Shown here: piece by piece, positions 28,101-41,544 of the stretch
Layout of the letters: each line of letters starts with the position of its first letter
Position numbering within the stretch: position 1 is the first letter of the stretch
Assembly: GCA_028534125.1 (NCBI GenBank)
Contig: CM052818.1
Location: 20,338,001 to 20,402,000 of the forward strand
Direction: 5' to 3'
Source of the DNA: Lama glama
Lineage: Eukaryota
DNA: 64,000 bases
Translations under genes and position numbers: made by a program
Notes under the pieces: generated by a model
Seen by the model: the letters and a program-made list of their open reading frames with translations, nothing else
The model's database searches: none
What the model was told of the DNA's origin: nothing

Positions 28101-30811
28101 TAATTGCAGGCCATACCTCTTTTTTAACCAAGAAAAAATTATTGTATTTATGTGTGTATGAAAATATTAAATGCTGCTAATTCAACATCATCCATTTAAA
28201 AATCATCTGGCACTTTAAAATACAGAATTTTTAGTTTTTATCCCTATCAACAGATGGTACAGTATCTATAATTCTTTATGGGTATGTCAGTCTAGATGAG
28301 CATGATGTCGTTATAAAATAAGAATTATGCCCATGGCTTTTTAGGTATAAGAAGGAAGACCTGAGAATGAGGCTACGCCATCTTGGCTGGAGTCAGAAGT
28401 TCCTTACTCCCTTTCATACTGTATGTTTGTCTTTTAATTAAATATAGTTTTGTAGGTTTCTCTAGCTGTTTCAGATGATTCTAGCATCCCAAAGAGCATA
28501 CAATATTGTGGGAACTCAAGTCAAACACATTGCTGTGAACATGATCGAAACTGCAGTGACTGGCTTCATTTGGGGGGCTTCCTGACTTTTCTTGCAAGCA
28601 CTGGAAAGCTAGAGCCATTTCATTTGCTTTTTTCCCTTCTAGATCCCATGGGGATTGATCAGAATACAGAAGCCAATAGAGGGTGGGCTTGGCACAGAAA
28701 AGGCCAAATCTTTAACTGTAACTTGGTCATTCAATGGGCTGTGGTAACCAGACTTAACTCATAACCTGACGTCATGACTGGCGCCAATGGGTTTACACAA
28801 TCATCGCCATTGGTCACCATACCAGACATGGTACCTCACACACTTCTAAGCCCTGTCAGGCAATCTGTGTAGTTAATGGTCTGAAGTCTGTGTAATCTAC
28901 CAGGAACTTCTTAAAGGAATCCTTGCTTAGCGGCTATTTCTTCCTACATTCGAAACAATAAAGGCTCACCTGAAAATAATTAAACTGGGCTTAACATTAT
29001 TTCTGCTCTCTGTGTCACAATTAAACAAGGATAAAAGAAATCTTAATAGGATTGCAAGCAAGTCTTGTGTTTCTTAATCATGTATTAGTCTTTGTCAAGA
29101 CCAGACTTATGGTGGCTCAGAAAAACTGTCCTTTCTTTTCAGGAAAAATGAAACTAAAGCAGGACTGAACTATGGCTACTGAACTCAGCTCCCAATCCTG
29201 TCCCAATCCTCTTCACTCTTCAAAACCCGGACTGAGTTCTTCCTCCACCTCCAAATTCTAAAGAGCACCCCTTCCTCTGAGTCCTCCTTGTTGAAACGTC
29301 TTCCCCCAGAATGTAGCTACTCAATGCTGCTTGCCATGGAAGTTAGTACAACCTCCATCCCATACTGAGTAAACTCCTCCACTTGAGAATCACCTTCCTT
29401 TTTGCTAATAACTCCACACCCAGCACCTACTTGAGTCAGGTGAGTAACAGCTACTCTTTAACACCCTGACCTACTGCTTGTCATAGGAAAAGTCACATTT
29501 TCTAACAGTTAAGTTGGGGGTTTATGATTCCTCATAAGATTCCTTTCATTAGTAAGCTAAGGTCATTGAGTGAGGTAAAAATGTGGTTTGCTTTAGAAAA
29601 ATCATATGAACACACATCTGTCATGTAAAGCAAGGCATGCCATGTGCTGCTGAGTAATGGTGGCTTGGGAATTGCTCCCATAACTGTGTCTACCTGACAT
29701 CGGCCTAAGAGTTAGGAAACCTCTGAACTACAGAAGAAAGTCTCTTCTCTCCCCAACCTCATCCCCTAGCCACCCAGCCACCAATCTCCATGTCAGCTTG
29801 GTCACTGTTCTGCCATAAAGGAAATGCATGGTGTCACTGGATGTCATTTTGTGCTCCAAGACATCACACAACAAGGACCCTCAGCCTTGATATTCTACAA
29901 TATACTGCAAACACTGCTCATGCTGAAGACATCATTCCCACTCCCCCACTCAGTCACCAAGAGTGTGGGGAAGCTGATCCTCCACTTTGGCTCCCCAAAG
30001 TCCACTGTGACAGGGGATTCACAGGGTCCCTACAACTAGACTGGACCCTTCCTGGGATGTTGCTCTTGGCAATGTGTTCCAAGGAAGAAAGCCAGTGTGG
30101 ATCCCTGCCTAGGAAACCACCTGAGACAGTGAAAGAGATGGCTCACCTGCCAGAGGTAGGGGAAGAGGGGAGTCTCCCCAAAGAGGGGACACTATGCTGA
30201 GTCAGACTCAAAAGAGTAGCAACGTGGTATCAGAGTAAGTCCCCACTGGATGGAGAGTCCCAGAGATGAGAATGGTAAGTCCGACTCAGCCAATACAAAG
30301 TGCTTATGGGCAAAAGACACTGACTTCTCTGAAATCTGGTTTTCTCATTGGTGCAAAAAGAAGAGTAGAAGAGAATTAAAAAAAAAAATCTTTCAGCCCT
30401 CCAACTCTGATAGTGACCAGCTACTGGGTGTTGAGGCCTTTGATGGGCACTATGGACAATAAAGAGATATGGGACACATTTCTCATTAATCTAGAATTAT
30501 GCTCAAGAGGAGTAAAGAGGAAAATTGACCTCGTTATTGATCCTCTTTTATCTCATTGGGCTCTGTGTGTGTATACATGCACAAACATGTAGGGACCCCC
30601 AAGTCCAAACATTATATAACACACATCCAAAAAGAGGATAGCTAATAAGACCTTCACTAGTTCAGAAAAGGGATTTCTAGATTTTCAGAAGATATTTTGA
30701 ATTCTCCTGAGAGATCAGAGGGTTCAGAAAAGTTCCATTAGATCAGTGTTTCTCAGTGTGGAATAGGTAGTGATGGTGAGGTGAAGCTTGGGATCAAAGA
30801 ATTGAGAAACA

Positions 30812-31191
30812 AACAACAAATGACTAAAAAACTAAAGATTCAACAATGAAATCAAAAAAGAAATTAAAAAATACCTTGAGACAAACAACAATGAAAACAC
30901 AACCACACAAAATCTATGGGATGTAGCAAAAGCAGTCCTAAGAGGGAAGTTCATAGAGATATAGGCCTTCCGCAAAAAAGAACAATCTCAAATAAACAAC
31001 CTAACCTACCATGTAAAAGAATTAGAAAAAGAAGAACAAACAAAACCTAAAGTCAGCAGAAGGAAAGAAAGAATAAAGATCAGGGAAGAAATAAATAAAA
31101 TAGAGATTAAAACAACAACTGGAAAAAATCAATCAAACCAAGAATTGACAAACCTCTGGCCAGACTCACCAAGAAGAAAACAGAGAGGACA
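30812..31191 (+). mobile_element. Internal L1 ORF2 fragment between 17-bp direct repeats
   Basis: Translates [38 protein letters not shown] (post-endonuclease ORF2 region); flanks caaagaattg(a/g)gaaaca at 30795-30811 and 31192-31208. Confidence 0.9.
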
Positions 31192-31235
31192 CAAAGAATT
31201 GGGAAACAGTAGATTAAATAAAAGATATATCATTC

Positions 31236-31280
<45 letters not shown>

Positions 31281-31289
31281 TATATATAT
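31236..31289. repeat. (TA)n microsatellite, interrupted
   Basis: Directly visible. Confidence 0.95.
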
Positions 31290-32448
31290 CCCCCAACTGC
31301 AGGTCTCCTTAGGGATTTTGCTAAGCAAAAGCATGTTGAGATACTCTAAGAGAGGTCAAGATCGCAGTATCTCAAACTATGGGCCACAGAATCTTTTATT
31401 CTTGACAGTTTCTCAAGTGAGGAGGGTTCTAAGAAATACCCTTTGGGAAACAGTATACCAAAGAGACTGTAAATTCCCTGAGGTCAGGGACTGCTGTATC
31501 TCTGGCACCTGGCACAACACTGGACACATGGAAAGGATTCAATAAAATATAATAAAAATTTGCCAAATGACCAAATGAGAAATTGTTGAATTCTAAATGG
31601 AAAGACTGGCATTCCCAATGACATGGTGGGAACAGTATACCAAAGAGCAAGGAGCCATCTCTCCAAGACGGCACACTTCCCTGTCTGGGCTCCAGAAGGG
31701 GATAGGTAAGAGTTTCAGGTGAGGTTGCCTTTGTCTTCTTAAGAAGCCAAGGGCCACAAATCCATAGGCATCCTAAAAGACCTTCACTTATTTTTTTTTT
31801 CCCCCAGGAAGAGGTAATAAACGAAGAGCTTAATGAAGAATGTTGGCATTTCTTTTCTTTACTAAGAATAAGTAACAAATCAGTTAATGACACTCATAGG
31901 TCAGACTCCATAACGCACTTACAGATTATCTTCGTTTCTTTACTGCCATCTTCTGGTCCCCAGACTCCTCCTTGGTAATTTAAAAATGCTATCTTCTATT
32001 TGTGTTTCATGATGACATTTTAAGCACCTGTTCGCATCCTTTGCCTTATATGGCACTACACAATTTAGATGTGGTTTGGGTGGCCTTTGCTGCCTTCAGA
32101 TCAAATGAAAAAAGAGTAAAGAACTTAAGTGATTTGCCTAGTGACAAAAAGTCAGGAGCAGAACTAACCATGCCTATTGTTTTCTCCAAGGAGCAAACAC
32201 CGGGGTTAGTCATTTGGCTTTGTTTAGCTACATGTGCCAAGACTTCTATCGCCCTCTCATCCCTTCACAACCACAACCTTGGATGGAAAATCCCTTGCCC
32301 TAAAAAAAGAGAATGCTGTTCAAATATACCCTGATCTTTTCAAGGGTAAAATCCATTCTACTTTACAAAATCTTTTGAGAAAAGAATGAAGAGGATCTAT
32401 GACTGATCTTTTTTTTTAATATGAGAGTCAAAATACCATAGTGTCCTA

Positions 32449-32673
<225 letters not shown>

Positions 32674-32779
32674 TCAACCAAAATCATGCTTGTAAGTCTC
32701 TATACATGAAGAGAATCAAAAAAAGAAACCCAACTCAATACGAAATGCTTTAAAAACTAACTCCTTTTTTCCTTTAATT

Positions 32780-33760
32780 TTTTCCATTAATTTAAAATAG
32801 TATAACACTATTAAAGAAACAGTTAAGAAAAATTACTCATTCTAATACAGCTAACTATAGTTCTTTTTAATCTCTAACAGTCTCTAGGCAACGAAAAGTT
32901 CAGTGCACATCTGTTCAATAATTATGCATATGTTTATAGAACTTGTTGTACTTGCAGTTATAGTACAGCATATATAGCACAGCTTTTTTATTAACTGAAC
33001 ATTATTTTATAAGCATTTCTCTACACGGTCTCCACAATTACCATGGTTGCTGATACTCAGTTCTAGTAAATCAAAAACAATTTATTTAACCATTTACCTC
33101 ATATTACACACCTGAATTTCATCTATTATTATATAAATAAATTTCATGAAGTGTTTTTGCACATATAATTTTTTTCTTTACTTTAGATCATATCCTTAAG
33201 ATGGAAAGTCTTAGAAGTGGATTACAGAGTTAACTATTTTGCACATTTCCTGACTTTCAAAAAGAATGTACAACATAACCTGCCACCGGCAATGGAGAAA
33301 TGCTTTAGTTTCATGGCGATTCACCAACGTTGGGTTCTTTCACTTAAAAAGCTTTTTTGCTCATGTGATGGGTTTTACCTCAATGCTGTTTTACCTTGTA
33401 ATGAAACGCTAAAAATCTTTGTTTTCTAATTATAGTTCTTTTTTGAGTGAATTGCTTGTCAGTTTCCTCTGTCTAGTTATCCACTGTTTCATACTATTTT
33501 CTTACGCACTGTATGAGCTTGGCATATAAAGATACTATCACTTTTCTTTCTGCAAAGGTTTTCCAAGCCTGTTTTATGCTTTTCTGATAGTTTTTTTCCC
33601 TATTGAACAGGATCCTTTATCTTCATGTAATTGAATCTGCCTTCGTTTACCTTTATGGTTTCCTCTATAGCTTTAAAGCTGGGAATGTGATTCCTTTTCT
33701 AGAGAGCAAATCAACAGTTCTATTTTCTTAAAGTTTTCTGATCATTTGATATTTTTGCAC
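32780..33760 (-). mobile_element. Old L1 (L1ME-like) 3'UTR/ORF2 fragment
   Basis: tttatttaaccatttacc, cttagaagtggattacagagt, ttctttttgagtgaattgcttgtcagtttcctctgtctagtt are reversed old-L1 motifs. Confidence 0.6.
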
Positions 33761-34831
33761 TCATTTCCCTACAAATGTGACAAGACTTTTTCCCATTAAA
33801 CAACTCCTAAGCACAGTATTCCAGTCATCAGAGTTGAAGAGCAGTAACTCAGAGGCTTAATGAAGGCGTTCAGGATGTTAACCTGAAGACCTAAATGCTC
33901 CAGAGTCATCAAAGTTCCCATCCTGCTTATACCATATGGAAACCTCCAAACTCTGAGCCTGCTTCTTTCCCCTTGCATCTTGCTCAAAATTAAACTAAGT
34001 CCTGCTTATATCCCAGAGTTATGCCTCTCCAGAGGATGGGGGTCTGCTTCTTATTTAACCAGTCTGCAAAGAATGTGACTGCTTCAGCTTTTGCCATTTA
34101 AGTAAACCCTGGTTCCTTTCCTGCCACAGCGATCTCAGGATGAGATGGGGCAGGTGAGATGGCCTGGGAACAGGCTCTCATACCCTGGGGGCTTCATAGA
34201 GCCACTCCTTTCAGAGACTAGTGGAGCGGGTCTGCAGCTCAGCCTTCGAGAGTCCAGGACCTGTCAGGGCATGTGACCCCTGGGAGCTCCCAGAGGCGGC
34301 ACCTGGGCCCCAGAGCACAGCCACTCTGCTCTGGGAGGTCCTAGAAAGACAACTCCCACTGACCTCTCGGCATGGCTTTGAGAAGAGCAAGGGAAAAATC
34401 AGGGATCTGAGATGAAATGGTAACCTGCTTCCTAGGCTCTCTGCCCTTCCATCTTCTCTCTAAACTGAACCAGGATTATTTTTCCATTCACCCCACCTTC
34501 AGAATGGTTGCTGATCACCCTGACTGCTTGAGAGTACACACCCTGCACCCATATGCCACTCTCACTCCGTGTCGCTCTCGGGGGAACAGGATAGGGAGAA
34601 AGCCACCGAGGGCAGCGGACCCTGATCCAAGACATGGTGATTATTCTTACTCTCTTGGCACAGGCAGAGGACAAACAAGATGTTTAGTCAGTGCCGGAGA
34701 AGTCAGTTAAATAACATTTAATTTCCAAAGTAGTATGTGCTAAAATCTGCTTTGAGCCCCAAGTTCACTGAGGGCAGAGATTCGAGAGTTCATTTTCAAA
34801 GTCTTCATCATGAATTAAAGCTAGAATTTCA

Positions 34832-34922
34832 GGGGAGCGTAACAGATCAGTGGTAGAGCATGTGCTTAGCACACATGAAGTCCTGGGTTCAATCCCCAGT
34901 ACGTCTATTAAAAAAACAAAAC
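34832..34922 (+). mobile_element. Short tRNA-derived SINE (Vic-1-like)
   Basis: ggggagcgtaacagatcagtggtagagcatgtgcttagc...gtcctgggttcaatccccagtac plus A tail; TSD agaatttcagg at 34823-34833 and 34923-34933. Confidence 0.88.
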
Positions 34923-35231
34923 AGAATTTCAGGTGGATCTCTGAAGGGAAGAAAGCTATTGCTACTATTACTGATAATGGGATCCCAAGCACATGGAAAG
35001 CAAATGCATCTGTTCAAAGTGCTTTCTCATCTGCTCTCTCACTTGACTCCTGTCCCCATTTGACGAACGAGAAAAACTAAATCCCAAAGAGGTTGACCGA
35101 CTACACTAACGGCCCACAGCTAATTAGCAGCAGAACCCTCGCTCCCATCTGCTTGGCCTCAGGCCATTTACCTTCAGACAAGGAAGGGAAATAGAACTAG
35201 ACCAGGCTGAAATGCTCATCACTTAGTCTTA

Positions 35232-35522
<291 letters not shown>

Positions 35523-36287
35523 CTAGGATTCAATACTCAGAATTTCCCCACCATGAGCTCTCAACCCTCTTCCTGGTTCTTTATAGCAACAGACCCAGTG
35601 TGATGTCCCTTTATGGTCCTTCATTTGCTCTGCATACTTTCACTGGCACCTAACATACAGCAAGGCTTGGGTGCAAAGAAGCAGAGGACACGGTCCCTAC
35701 CAACTGCTTCCTTTAGATCTTCCTTTTATGCTGGGACCAGGCCACCTCTCTGAAAGCCCATTCCATTATCCTATATGTTGTGCAGGAATCCTGGCCTTCT
35801 CTGGAAACTTACAGGGTCCCAAAGGCAATAGGGACCCTTCAAGTTTCCTTTGAAAATTAGAACAAGGACTAATGGAGAACCGTCGTCCCAGTCATTATCA
35901 GTGATGTAATTACCTCAGTAGCTGGAACTAAGAAGCCTTTACCTCCTAGGGACTTTATTTGTCCTTGGTGCTGGGTTCATTCTAAATACCCATCTTACAC
36001 AAGGTTATTTAACCAAATGAACAACGGGCTTATCATTAACCAAAGAATTGCTTCCCAAGAGTGACACGTTGCAAACTTCTCTCGGATGGGGAAGGGATTC
36101 CTCAGCGCAATTTCACAACTCTGTCATAGTCCTGCACCCCGCCAGAGTATGTGACCTGAACAACCAGGGGTTGATAACACTGGGTGATCCTTTGACCTTA
36201 ACTATTTGAGGAAGCTTCATTGTGAGCTATACATTCACCCAGACATACACTCCTCTGTGGGGAAATGGGCATCTCAAGCATAATCCA

Positions 36288-36413
36288 TTTTTTTTTAATT
36301 TTGGGGGGAGGTAATTAGGATTATTATTTTTTTAATGGAGGTATACTACAGATTGAACTCAGTACCTCATGCAGGCTAAGCATGCGCTCTACTGCTGAGC
36401 TATACCCTCCCCC
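36288..36413 (-). mobile_element. tRNA-derived SINE (Vic-1-like)
   Basis: Minus strand GGGGGAGGGTATAGCTCAGCAGTAGAGCGCATGCTTAGC...GTTCAATC, taattacctcccc, A tail; TSD aag(ca/tg)taatcca. Confidence 0.88.
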
Positions 36414-38301
36414 AAGTGTAATCCACTTTTAAAAGACGCTCATGAATAACTGGGTTCACAAAAGGGCAACACAAACTATTAAGCCTTGAAATCAGAACCA
36501 GGCATAAGTGACCAGGTGCTGCTTAACATTAAAAGAACTTTGGCTTTTTTTCAGGAGGACAGAGGCCCATGAGAGCTCACTCCAGGAATCTGGAGATCTT
36601 TCCTAGATCAGGAGCTCAGCTCCTCTGAGATGTGTCAGGGCAGGGGTAGAGGAGGGGTGAGGATAGCTTCTGAGTCCACAGATATGCCTGCACCAATTCC
36701 ACTGTTCTCGATCACTTATTCTTAACTAAGCATAACTTCTAGTCTCAGCAGAGACTGAAAGTCTCCATTCCTAAGGCTAGTTATTACACAGATTTGAAAG
36801 ACAGAACTTGGGTGCTTGAGGATGCCAAAGCTTAAAGAAAATGTCTTCCCATGTGTTCTTATAACAGAGGAAAGAGAAACTGTGTCTGATTTCTGTTCTG
36901 TTCAATAATGCCATGTCTTGCTAAGAGGATTTTCAAATCCATCTGTGCTCATAACACTGCTGGGAAAGACTGGGTACCCGGACTGACTACGGACAAAGAG
37001 AGGCCCTGGAGGCTCAACGTCCTGCTCGGGCTGGACAGCATGCAGGGCAGGAGCCAGACCTAGAAACCGGTCACCTCACTCTTACTTGGGGTCTCTTTAC
37101 CATGTAACTCTGTCTCCTTGAAGCTCAAACGATGTCTCAGCATTAAAAAGAGAAATGTGAAAACAGGCACACTGGCCCGGGGTAATACCTTTCCATTTGG
37201 AGGCTGCAAGCATACCGTCAGATGACTTAAGAATGGGTCAAATCTTTTTTGAAATGAAGCAGAGTACAAAGACACAGAAAATAAATCAGAGCCACATGAA
37301 GAGGGACTCAGACCAATTATTTTGCAGCCTCAGGACTGGCACATACCCCTTCAGCTGTTTTAGCTACTGCTGGGTAAGAAGAGCTGGGTCACAGTCATGA
37401 CCTCCAGGGAGGGTTCAATGACACAGATCCTGAGAGGGGTCCCTCAGCTGGGGGGATTTGGTCTCACCCTCACCACTGACTTAGCTCCTGACCTTTGGAC
37501 AAACCTTTACATCTCTCTGACCTTCCACTCCCCGCTCTATAATCTGGGTAAGGCAGCATGAACAGAGAGTTGCTATGAGCAGAAAATGAGGATAAAGAAG
37601 ACCGAAGTGGCTACAGAAAATCGAGGCTCTCCTGCTATGATTCAATGATGATTAATCCTGTTCTGCAGATGCCAACATCCCTTCCCAGTGAGGTCTGGTT
37701 CTGGTCACCAGAGGGGAAAGTCTTAAGTTTGTAAGTCCCTCCTTAGCCTTGGCATTCTGGGATGCCTGCAGAATTCAGAAAGCTTTGATTACTTTAACAT
37801 ATTCTCATAGGGAAGGAGATATGCTAAGCTCAGCTTCAGAGGGGAGTCAGGCCTAGGGCTGGCTTCCTCCCTACTCCTTCCGGCAGTTTCTTCACCAGCC
37901 TCATCTTCCTATCCCCTCCCATACACCCACGCCAGGATGGGAGACGTCTTCCCCACCCATCCCGACTCCTGCCCTGATCTCAGGCTTTGGGTACAATGAT
38001 TAGACTCAGGAAGGAAGGAAATCAGAGTCAACTGACAGGCCTGGGTGCAGACACTGAGCAGAGCGGTGAGAGAAGACTCTACCCTTCCTGTCCTACACGT
38101 GGAGCCAGGGAAAGAGGCAAGAGGAAAGAACCAACCACAACATCCCACGTTCTCTGGCTCTCACCCTGTCTGGGAGGGGTTTAAGGCAGGCACAGCCATG
38201 TCGTGCCTCACCCTCCAGAGAGCCTCGGAGAGTGAAAGCACAGCTCATGAGTCAGCGGGGAAAGGCTATCTGAAGGCCTTCCAGGGCTGCTGGCTGTTTC
38301 A

Positions 38302-38493
<192 letters not shown>

Positions 38494-39614
38494 CTAGAGA
38501 GGGCGAGAAGGAGGGGGGAGAGGCATCAGAAGGCAGCGTGGTAAGCTTCCCTGAGGTCAAACGCATCAGGATACAACACCAGGGGCCAGAGGGGCCACTG
38601 GCGCAAGGTGGCACTTGCTGAAATGATATTCTGAAGGCAGAGACTCAAGGTTTCATTTGCCAACAAAAAGGAAGGAAACAAGACACATCAGTGTGTTCAA
38701 CTTTATTCTACCCAAACACAACTGACCTTTCTAAGCAAAGCTCAACTGTACCCCTTCCATGAAACCTCCCTTACCTACCCAAGCAATGCAAGTTACTTCA
38801 TCCACAGCAATTTGGCACTTGCTGTCTCTAACACTGACTTGGCATTTATTCATCATCTTGTTCAGCTTTATTTAGTTTGGGGCTCTCTACTCAGGTAGAC
38901 TGTAGGTTCTTTGAAAGAAGGCCCCTGTCTAGTATTTGCATTGCCCCTGGTGACTTGCACAAAGTGATAAACCCAAAAGACCTCAATAAATATTTTCAGA
39001 TATATTGTTATTTGTCAGCAAATCTTAATAAGACACCCCCAGTGAAGTCTATTTCCTGGCATAGATGCTGGCATATCCATTTTAAGTTCCGTTAAAGTTA
39101 GAGGTTGGGACTCAGAGACCACAAGCACTTCTGCTCCCTTTTCCCCCTGATCTGTTAGATCTGCTAGCTCTGCACACGTTTTTTTCTGGATGCTGGACTC
39201 CTTGTGAGGGGCAATGTGAAGGGAACCAAAGTTCCAGCAAACCTGAGCTCCTGCAAAGGAGCCCTCCTCGCTTCTGACCAAGGGCACTTGTCTCTCATCC
39301 TCTTGTACTAACCTGAGCTCCCCTACTTGGTTCACTTGGCTTTTTCCCACTTTGGCAACAGATGCATCACAGTAATAAAAATAATAGGACTGAAGTCCCT
39401 TGGCCTTTTACTCTGCTCCTTCCTGAATTTTCCCATGTTCTCCCAAATCTAAGATAGACAGATGATGTCTGGCTACTGGATTATGGTCCATGTAAATATG
39501 GGGGAGAGGGCAGGTACTGAGTTTTCTTTGAAGTCTTTCAATTAATAAAGATTCTGTCTCAGCTTACTTCTAGCAAGGAACAAAACCACATCTCCTGAAC
39601 GGCGCTGTCTGAAG

Positions 39615-39684
39615 AACTCACAAACGTGCATGTTCAACATTGTCATCAAACTCACAAACGTGCATGTTCAACAATGTCATCAAA
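39615..39684. repeat. 34-bp tandem duplication
   Basis: aactcacaaacgtgcatgttcaaca(t/a)tgtcatca twice, one mismatch. Confidence 0.95.
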
Positions 39685-40613
39685 GCTGACATTCTGCTTC
39701 AAGTCCAATTCTTTGGATCAACAACTGAAACCCATTTCCACCAGAGGGATTCACAGACCTGAGAAGAGCCACAGTTAACCAGGAGAAGAGAGTCTTTTTT
39801 TGGCCAACCCTCACAAAACAGCTTAATGGAAAGGCAAAGAGGAAGTTTAAGAAGATGGAAACAACACAAACCTTCCTGTTCAAGGGAAAAGGCTCCTCTG
39901 AGGGGCAGCAGAGAAAAGGTGTGGGCCGCTCTAAAATGAGAAGGGCAACAAGGAGGCCTTTAGGAGGTATTTCAGGGCAAATTTTAGGGAGAACATTTAG
40001 AAGTCCAGATTGCGGAGGCAGCCAGAGTCAGACTTGCTTTTCTAGTAAAAAATGTCTGACACTGGGCCACGGTGCCAGTGCCCACCCCACCAGAATTTCC
40101 TGCCCAGTTAGCAGGGTTCTGCTTTTCTCAGAAGTCACTCTTTCAGGAACCTCTTACATTTTCTAGGCTAGGCGCCAAGGCTAAGAAAGGCCTTCAAACA
40201 AAATGCTACGGATGCCTTTAGCTCTATTTACATCTGCAGGCCCTGACTTACCAAAATAGCATTTTAGCAAATGGATCTCTTCCTATTGACATTCAGAGTG
40301 TCACTTGGATAGAGACAGGGCTTTGGTCTCCAAAGACAGGCCCAGATGTCTCATGTCGTGGGGCATTAATAACACTCCTCGGGCAGCGAGTGCCAGCACT
40401 ATCACAAATCTCCTTGGCTTGCTCCCTAGGAAAGAATGTGGTTCCAGCTCTCCATCCATTTATCCTGATTACAGTGATACCAGAGGCAAAGGTCAAACCC
40501 TGACATTGCTTTTATGCCAGTCCCGGAGGCAGATCAGTCTATGGCCCTATCTAGAGAGGAGCTTTTCCCGGAGGGCATTTCGAAGTCCTCATCTCGAAGT
40601 TAATGTTCCCCTA

Positions 40614-41048
<435 letters not shown>

Positions 41049-41544
41049 TTATTTTGTTCTACTTGTAAAAGGAAAGCATGTTCGTTTGCTAGAATTTGGA
41101 AAATGCAGAAAAGCCCAAAAGAGAAAAATTTAAAAATCACCCATCACCCCATCACATGGAACTAAAATCATCCATCAAACCACCATACAGAGATACCCAC
41201 TGTTTATGGATAAATAAAAATTACATTGAGATTTCCTTTCAGGGAGCAGAACACTGACCATTAGTTTACTTGAAGAAAGTTCATTTGATGGTGAACCCAA
41301 ATGTGTCCCCTGTGCATAATGCACTCTATTACTCTGCTGAAATGTGGGGGTATTACCGAGAGAGGAACCCCCAGAGTAGAGCCTGTCAGGATGCTCATCT
41401 GAAAATGAGACTGAATGAGATGACCTTCCAAATCCAAAGTCCAGCTTCAAAGGAACAAAGGCCATACTTGAGTGTCTCTGTTTTGTCCACATCACTTAGC
41501 TGTCCTTAGTGCAGGACATCAAAGTTGAAAATATAAACTGTTTT

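Noticed and set aside
30812..31191. Idea that this L1 piece is the segment deleted from the large L1 at ~44005
   Set aside because: The overlapping parts (30850-30935 vs 43920-44004) are homologous but heavily diverged, indicating different L1 subfamilies
34832..34922. tRNA-like sequence (also 591-686, 12499-12570, 36330-36413)
   Set aside because: A and B boxes present, but A tails and TSDs identify SINEs, not tRNA genes
39615..39684. CRISPR-like repeat
   Set aside because: Two adjacent copies with no spacer, in eukaryotic intron DNA
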